Translations under genes and position numbers: made by a program
Part shown: in pieces, positions 58,453 through 64,000 of the stretch
Position numbering within the stretch: the stretch's first letter is position 1
Layout: every line of letters starts with the position of its first letter
The notes under the pieces: model-generated
Databases searched by the model: none
Told to the model about the DNA's origin: nothing
Seen by the model: the letters and a program-made list of their open reading frames with translations, nothing else
Assembly (NCBI GenBank): GCA_050742535.1
Contig: JBOGIQ010000002.1
Location: 1,575-65,574 of the forward strand
Direction: 5' to 3'
Length of the DNA stretch: 64,000 nucleotides
Source: Vicinamibacterales bacterium
Lineage (GTDB): Bacteria; Acidobacteriota; Vicinamibacteria; Vicinamibacterales; UBA2999

Positions 58453-60939
58453 TTAACGGTTGAGCCAGTAGCTCGCCTTCACCATGAAGATGTGGGTCGC
58501 GTCCGCGGTGAAGGCCGAACGAAGGTCGCGCATCGGGCTGAACTCACCAGGCCGGGCGAAATCGGTCTGGGACAGGTACCAGACGAAGAACAGCGTGCTG
58601 CCAGGCTTGTACTCCCAGCGCATCACGACGTTGCCGCGCAGCGATTTGGTGTTGAAATCCGGGTTCGTTGCGATCGTCACCGGGTCGAACTGGAAGCTTT
58701 TCGGCAGCGCAAGCCGGCGGATGTTGCTGTAATCGCCGACCGCCACGAACGGCTGCAGGTAGGTTTGCACCGTCAGGTCGCGCGTAAAGGCGTACGTCGT
58801 CCGGACCGTCACGTCGACGACGTCGCGATCGAGTGTTCCGTAGACGTGATCCGTAGCGCCGTCGCCGTCGGTGTCGCTGTTTTGGATCCATTGCGCCGGG
58901 TCCCTGGCGTAGTTGTAGTTCAGCGAGAACGACGCCTGCAGCCGATCCGATGGCTGCAGTGAGAAGTAAGGCGAATACGTACCGCCGCCGGCTCCGTCGC
59001 CGGCATCGTTACGGAAGCGGTTGCCGTAGAACCCGATCGACCACGGTTTCCGCGAGTCGCTGTTGAAGCGGTAGAACATCCCGCTGTTGCCGGGTCGCAG
59101 AATCGGCGGCCCGCCGCGGGTGTCGAGATCGTCGAAGATCTCGAAATTTCTCCATCCGCCGCCGACCACCTGCCAGAAGTTCATGAAGCGGACGTTCACT
59201 CCGTACTCGGAGTAGCGGCCGATCAACAGCCTTTCGTCCGTCCAGTCGTTTCCGATGTAGGCGAATCCCCAGACGCTGCGCAGCTTCTTCCACGGATCGG
59301 GGTTGCCAACCTCGGCCGACCCGCTCACTTGGTTCCGATTCGCGCGCGTGCGGAAGAAGCCGATGTCGTTGATACGGAAGTCGCGGCCGAAGTGATCGTA
59401 ATGAACGCCCGTGTTGACGTGCTTGCTCGAGTAGTTGAAGTTGGTGACGCCGCCGCCGCTGGTTTTCATGCCTCCCAGGCCTGGCGCGCGCGTGACGGCC
59501 CAGTGGCCATTGAACGTCGTTCGATTCCGATTCCACCGCAGGTTGTAGTCGAAGCCTCCGGTAACAGCGTCGTCCGTTTGCTCTCGGAGGACACCGGTGA
59601 CAATTCCACCGATATTCGACGAGCCGTTCATGACGTCGCGCTGGATCCGGGCGACGTTGTAGGACGTCGCGGGCTCGATCAGCCGTTCGCCGCGGATGTA
59701 CGACGTGGAGCCGTCGGCGCCGATCACGGGCGACTCGATAGTTGCGTACTCGCGGGCGGTCAACGCCGTCATCGCGCCGTAGGTCCAGCCGCCGCCTTTG
59801 CCGGTGAGCTTCGTCGCGCCGAGGATCGTCGTTTCAGCCGGGGCGTCGAGCCGCCGTTCCCCTGTTGCGAGCGGAAGCCGGCCCGGCGATCGCCCGATTC
59901 TGCGCGAGTGGAACAGCTGGAAGTTACCGTAGGGCGGCACGAAGGTCCGGCTGTCTTCCAGAAAGAACGGGCGCTTCTCCGGGAAGAAGGTTTCAAAGAC
60001 CGACAGGTTCAGCACTGCGGGGTCCTGTTCGACCTGTCCGAAGTCCGGGTTGAACGTTGCCGACAGCGTGGCGCCGGTTCCAAGTCCCCATCGGGCATCC
60101 AGGCCGGCCGATGCGCCCCCTTCGTTGGATCGCGCGGGCAGGAACTCGCCGCGCGCGAGCGTATACGGAATCAGCTCCAGCCGTCCGGGCGCGGGCAACT
60201 GCTGGTCGAACACGACGTGACCAAAAAACGACACCTCGCCGCGTTCGCCGCGCGGTTTCGGTACCCAAGTCCCGTTCTCGCTCTTGCGGCGGATCTGCCG
60301 CTGGATGTTGAACCCCCACACCTGGCCGGGCTGCGGCGATGCGGAAAACCGCATCTGTGAGAACGGAATGCGGAACTCCGCGGTCCAGCCCGTATCAGTG
60401 ATTTCGCTGCGGACGTCCCAGACCGCGTTGTAATCGTTGTCGCGATTCGTGTCGTCGTAGAAGGTGAAATCGCCCTGCCATCCGGACGGATTGGTGGAGA
60501 AGTTGTACGCGGTCTGATGATCGTGACGGGCGTCGAATCCAATGGTGATCGAGTCGGTTGGCGGGTTTTCGTCCCGGCGCCCGAGTCCGGCGGCGATCAG
60601 TTTCGCGTCGGAGTCGAGCGCCGACACGGCGACGTAGATATACCGATCGTCGAACGCGATCTGCACGCGCGTGTCGTCGGTCATCGGCTTGCCGTTGTCG
60701 GGGTCGCGCTGCGTCAGCCCCCCGCCGGCCTCGGCGAGCTGCCAGCTCTCGTCCGACAGCCTGCCGTCGATCGATGGCGGCGTCCCGGTAATTCGCAGCG
60801 CCCGCACGACCTTGCCGTCCTTGTGTGTCCGGTTTGGCTCGTTGCCGCTCACCGCCTGAACCTGGGCCGACGCCGCATGGGCACAGAGCAGCAGTCCTGC
60901 GGCGAGGGCTATTCCGACGAGTGAGGGACGTTGCACCAT
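58453..60939 (-). CDS. DUF5916 / carbohydrate-binding family 9-like large secreted or outer-membrane protein
   Basis: The start at ATG 60939 gives signal peptide MVQRPSLVGIALAAGLLLCAHAASA. N-terminal IDGRLSDESW...RVQIAFDDRYIYVAV pattern, then a long beta-rich region. The track ORF extends to 61014. Confidence 0.75.
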   Translation of the reverse strand: MVQRPSLVGIALAAGLLLCAHAASAQVQAVSGNEPNRTHKDGKVVRALRITGTPPSIDGRLSDESWQLAEAGGGLTQRDPDNGKPMTDDTRVQIAFDDRYIYVAVSALDSDAKLIAAGLGRRDENPPTDSITIGFDARHDHQTAYNFSTNPSGWQGDFTFYDDTNRDNDYNAVWDVRSEITDTGWTAEFRIPFSQMRFSASPQPGQVWGFNIQRQIRRKSENGTWVPKPRGERGEVSFFGHVVFDQQLPAPGRLELIPYTLARGEFLPARSNEGGASAGLDARWGLGTGATLSATFNPDFGQVEQDPAVLNLSVFETFFPEKRPFFLEDSRTFVPPYGNFQLFHSRRIGRSPGRLPLATGERRLDAPAETTILGATKLTGKGGGWTYGAMTALTAREYATIESPVIGADGSTSYIRGERLIEPATSYNVARIQRDVMNGSSNIGGIVTGVLREQTDDAVTGGFDYNLRWNRNRTTFNGHWAVTRAPGLGGMKTSGGGVTNFNYSSKHVNTGVHYDHFGRDFRINDIGFFRTRANRNQVSGSAEVGNPDPWKKLRSVWGFAYIGNDWTDERLLIGRYSEYGVNVRFMNFWQVVGGGWRNFEIFDDLDTRGGPPILRPGNSGMFYRFNSDSRKPWSIGFYGNRFRNDAGDGAGGGTYSPYFSLQPSDRLQASFSLNYNYARDPAQWIQNSDTDGDGATDHVYGTLDRDVVDVTVRTTYAFTRDLTVQTYLQPFVAVGDYSNIRRLALPKSFQFDPVTIATNPDFNTKSLRGNVVMRWEYKPGSTLFFVWYLSQTDFARPGEFSPMRDLRSAFTADATHIFMVKASYWLNR

Positions 60940-61042
60940 GCATTGGACCTTGGCGCGGCCAAAATGGTTGGCAACCCGCGCGACGTTCGAGGTACAAAAC
61001 CGGGACCCGACCACAAAGGTTACGGACGAAAGAGGCAGACAG

Positions 61043-62002
61043 GTGCGCGCAATCGTTCTTGAACAAGACGAGGTTCAGATGGACCAGGTTCGGCCCGCGC
61101 CAAACCCGGCCGCAGACGAAGTGCTGGTCCGGGTGACGCGCGCCGGCGTCTGCGAAACCGACCTCCAGTTGATAAAGGGCTACATGGGCTTCAGCGGCGT
61201 GCTTGGCCACGAGTTCGTCGGCGTCGCGGAATCCGGTCCCTACGCGGGCCAACGGGTCGTGGGCGAGATCAATTGCGCCTGCTGGACCTGCGACACCTGC
61301 CGCAACGGCCTGCCAACACATTGTCCGAACCGGACCGTCCTCGGGATTCTCAATCACGACGGCGCGTTTGCCGAGCTGATTGCCGTGCCGCAGCGCAATC
61401 TCCATCGAGTGCCCGACTCGATTCCCGACGACATCGCCGTATTCACCGAGCCCGTAGCCGCCGCGTTTCAGATTCCGGCGCAGCTCGAGATCGCCGCAAC
61501 CGATCGGATCGTGATCCTCGGCGATGGCCGGCTTGGAAATCTGTGTGCCCAGGTGCTCGCATCGATTTCCGATGAGGTGCTCGTTGTCGGAAAGCATCGG
61601 GACAAGCTGGCGCTCCTCGAAGCAATGGGGCTCAGGACGGCTCTCCTTGACGACGACCTTCCCCCCCGTGCGGCCGACCTCGTCGTTGATTGCACCGGCT
61701 CCGAGACCGGTCTACCGACCGCGTTGAAGCTGGTTCGTCCCCGCGGAACGATCGTGCTGAAGACAACGGTCGCGGGTACGCAGACGCTGGCGTGGGCCCC
61801 GTTCGTCATCGATGAAGTGACACTCGTCGGCTCGCGGTGCGGCCCGTTCGATCAGGCGCTCCATGCGCTGGAGCACGGCCTGGTAGACGTCGAGCCGTTG
61901 ATTGCCGACCGGTTCAATCTTTCCAATGGCCTCCTGGCGCTGCAGCGGGCGCAGCAGAAGGGCGTTCTGAAGGTTCTTCTCGAGATGGAATCGTCGGCGT
62001 GA
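61043..62002 (+). CDS. Zinc-dependent alcohol dehydrogenase family (MDR) protein
   Basis: GTG 61043 preceded by GAAAGAGG. GVCETDL, GHEFVG, and structural-Zn Cys cluster CACWTCDTCRNGLPTHC. The first 35 codons of the track ORF are rejected. Confidence 0.85.
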   Translation: MRAIVLEQDEVQMDQVRPAPNPAADEVLVRVTRAGVCETDLQLIKGYMGFSGVLGHEFVGVAESGPYAGQRVVGEINCACWTCDTCRNGLPTHCPNRTVLGILNHDGAFAELIAVPQRNLHRVPDSIPDDIAVFTEPVAAAFQIPAQLEIAATDRIVILGDGRLGNLCAQVLASISDEVLVVGKHRDKLALLEAMGLRTALLDDDLPPRAADLVVDCTGSETGLPTALKLVRPRGTIVLKTTVAGTQTLAWAPFVIDEVTLVGSRCGPFDQALHALEHGLVDVEPLIADRFNLSNGLLALQRAQQKGVLKVLLEMESSA

Positions 62003-63042
62003 CAGTCACCAGGCGTGTAGCGATCGCGGCGTGCGTTCTGGCCGCTGCGTGCCGTCCCACGACAGAAGCGGAGTCCTCAGCGGATCGGCGGATCGTCGAA
62101 CGTTCGCGCCTCAGCATGGGCTCGGAGGTCCGAATCACCGCATCGGTGTCCGACGAACCCGACGCGCTCCGTGCGTTCGAGAAGGTGTTCGACGAGTTCG
62201 ATCGTCTCGACCGGCTGTTGAGCGTCTGGCACGCCGGGAGCGACGTGTCGCGCGTCAACTCCGAGGCAGGACGCGCGCGCGTGACGGTCACTGCCGAGAC
62301 GCTCGAGGTCCTTCGAACCGCAATCCTGGTCGGCGAGTGGACCGGCGGAAAGTTCGACGTGACGTTCGGCGCGCTGTCGGGACTGTGGAAGTTCGATCAC
62401 GATCAGGACAATCGGATTCCACGGCCGGAGGATGTCCGTGCACGGCTGCCCGATATCGATTACCAGGCCGTCGAGTTGAATCGGGACCGACGAACGGTCT
62501 TTCTGCCCCGCACAGGAATGCGCCTTCATCTCGGAGGAATCGGCAAGGGCTACGCTGTTGACCGCGCGGCGGCGATTCTTCGAGCGGACGGCATCAGCGA
62601 CTTTCTCATCCAATCCGGCGGCGATCTCTACGCGAGCGGCGCGCGCAGCGACCGGCCATGGCGTGCGGCGATCCGCGATCCGCGCGGTCCGGCGGACCGA
62701 CTCTTTGCGGCGATGAACGTCCGCGATGAAACCTTCAGCACGTCGGGCGACTACGAGCGGTACTTCATGCATGGCGGGCAGCGCTATCACCACATCCTGG
62801 ATCCGGACAGCGGCGAGCCGGCGCGAGGGTGTCGCAGTGTGACCATCGTCACCAGGCAGGCGATGCTGGCTGACGCGCTATCGACGGGCGTGTTCGTGCT
62901 GGGACCTCAGGCGGGAATGGCCCTGATCGAAACGCTTCCCGACGTCGAAGGGGTCATCGTCACCGACACCAACGTGGTGATGGTCTCGAGCGGGCTCACG
63001 GAGCGGCTGGAGCGGCTGCATTCGCCGACCGACGCGCCATGA
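61999..63042 (+). CDS. apbE: FAD:protein FMN transferase (ApbE family), lipoprotein
   Basis: GTG 61999 (GTGA overlap with the ADH stop). Lipobox VLAAAC. LHLGGIGKGYAVDRAA, TSGDYERYF, HHILDPDSG. Confidence 0.88.
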   Translation: MTVTRRVAIAACVLAAACRPTTEAESSADRRIVERSRLSMGSEVRITASVSDEPDALRAFEKVFDEFDRLDRLLSVWHAGSDVSRVNSEAGRARVTVTAETLEVLRTAILVGEWTGGKFDVTFGALSGLWKFDHDQDNRIPRPEDVRARLPDIDYQAVELNRDRRTVFLPRTGMRLHLGGIGKGYAVDRAAAILRADGISDFLIQSGGDLYASGARSDRPWRAAIRDPRGPADRLFAAMNVRDETFSTSGDYERYFMHGGQRYHHILDPDSGEPARGCRSVTIVTRQAMLADALSTGVFVLGPQAGMALIETLPDVEGVIVTDTNVVMVSSGLTERLERLHSPTDAP

Positions 63043-63979
63043 TCTCGCTCTTGCGGATGATGATCAGGTGGTGCGGACACTTGCGGGTGTCCTCATAGAT
63101 CCGTTCGCAGTCGTCGCAGCGCACGCACTCGGTCAGCACGATCTCGGGCCCGCGAATCGCGCCCCACTCACAGGCCTTCTCGCAGATCCGGCAGTGCCGG
63201 CATTCCGACCATCGCTTGATGCGGAACACCGTCAGTTTCGACAGCACGCCGAGCGCGGCGCCAACGGGACAGAGGAACCGGCAGTACAGATTGCGCACGA
63301 ACAGCGAGGCGATGAGCAGGACACCCAGTCCGGCCCACAGCGGCGCCGTGCTGTGCATGCCGAACATCCAGAACGGCTCGATGTACGGATAAATCAGCGG
63401 ATCGCGCGTGACGAGGAAATACCCGATTGCGCCGGCGAGGATTCCGTACTTGATCAGCGATGCGCGGCGTTCGAGCGCCCGCGGCACCTTGATCTGCCAC
63501 CGGTTCGGCGCGACGCGATCCATCAACTGCGTCAGCGCGCCAAAGGCGCACAGCCGGCCGCAGTAGACGCGGCCCCACAACACGGTCGAGACGACGGTCA
63601 CGATGGCCAGGAGATACCAGGCGAGGTTCTGGCGGAAGATGGGCAGGTTGCCGCCGAACAGGCCGAACACGTTGACGATCGAGATCAGCTGGCTCTTGTA
63701 GAAGCCGAGGTAGGCGACAGCGCCGACGAGCGTGGCGTACTTGAGCGTGACGCTCTTGCGAAAAAAGCTCACGAAGGCGAAGACGAGAAAGGCGCCAACA
63801 GCAATCAGATCCACCGCCTGCGCCCGGATGTCGTCGGCCCAGGTCGCGACCTCTTCCTCGTCCTCGTCGAAGTTCCACCCGCTGTCACCGGCGGCGCGCG
63901 GCTCCGCGTCCCTGGACTGTGCCACGAGCGGCGCGCTCAGGCCGGCGGCGAGGATCAGTAGGAGAACGAGGAGCTTCAC
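62996..63979 (-). CDS. NapH/MauN/NosR-C-terminal-like membrane polyferredoxin (4Fe-4S binding)
   Basis: Signal/TM. CGRLCAFG and CRFLCPVG membrane CxxxC(P) motifs. C-terminal CRHCRICEKACE and CVRCDDCE ferredoxin motifs. Its 3' end overlaps the convergent apbE by 47 nt. Confidence 0.8.
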   Translation of the reverse strand: MKLLVLLLILAAGLSAPLVAQSRDAEPRAAGDSGWNFDEDEEEVATWADDIRAQAVDLIAVGAFLVFAFVSFFRKSVTLKYATLVGAVAYLGFYKSQLISIVNVFGLFGGNLPIFRQNLAWYLLAIVTVVSTVLWGRVYCGRLCAFGALTQLMDRVAPNRWQIKVPRALERRASLIKYGILAGAIGYFLVTRDPLIYPYIEPFWMFGMHSTAPLWAGLGVLLIASLFVRNLYCRFLCPVGAALGVLSKLTVFRIKRWSECRHCRICEKACEWGAIRGPEIVLTECVRCDDCERIYEDTRKCPHHLIIIRKSEIMARRSANAAAPAAP

Positions 63980-64000
63980 GGCTTCGGGGGTGCGATCAGC

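Noticed and set aside
60395-61597. 400-aa minus-strand ORF spanning the DUF5916 5' end and the ADH gene
   Set aside because: It bridges two divergent, well-supported genes and their intergenic region, is Arg-rich, and has no motifs.

Overview
GC-rich bacterial chromosomal window (roughly two-thirds G+C by eye, not computed). Genes are densely packed and often overlap by 1-4 nt. The gene content (Alternative Complex III plus caa3 oxidase, HemQ/ChdC, DUF5916, CarboxypepD_reg-type proteins) suggests an Acidobacteriota-like organism, but this is inference only. Bases 1-17.4 kb are housekeeping: gyrB (5' truncated)-gyrA, uvrD/pcrA, glmS-glmU-rsmI, DUF885, an FmdB zinc ribbon, galU, serS followed by tRNA-Ser(UGA), an EfpL/YeiP-type EF-P paralog and a cyclophilin. 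Bases 17.5-57 kb form one large respiratory island with three modules. (1) Plus strand 17571-33168 encodes homologs of ACIII subunits ActA, ActB and ActE but no ActC/D/F. These are translationally coupled to a ~14-TM CydA (cytochrome bd subunit I) homolog with no Q-loop and no adjacent CydB, then to three more c-type cytochromes, one of them a dihaem-c::EB_dh fusion. A cofactor-maturation-like set follows: Usp-Usp-3xPCP_red, GNAT, Mrp/ApbC ATPase, Zn-ribbon-PCP_red and radical-SAM/SPASM-PCP_red. (2) Minus strand 42800-33481 encodes a small membrane ORF, chdC(hemQ), actC-actD-actF (exactly the ACIII subunits missing from module 1), a cupredoxin, and an A1-type haem-copper oxidase in the atypical order coxA-coxC-subunit IV-two small ORFs-coxB. 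(3) Plus strand 44274-57037 is a canonical actABCDEF-(small membrane ORF)-sco-coxB(c-fused)-coxA-coxC-subunit IV cluster, i.e. ACIII plus an A2-type caa3 oxidase. Bases 57-64 kb encode a PLD/cardiolipin-synthase-like protein, a DUF5916 protein, a Zn-ADH, ApbE and a NapH-like polyferredoxin. A structured palindromic repeat family abuts the stop codons of four minus-strand genes. No CRISPR, transposase, integrase or rRNA was seen. The top hunt candidates are the ActABE + bd-like + cytochrome c operon, the complementary split of a second ACIII across two operons, and the PCP_red-rich radical-SAM module. All homology calls come from reading the translations by eye; no database search was run.
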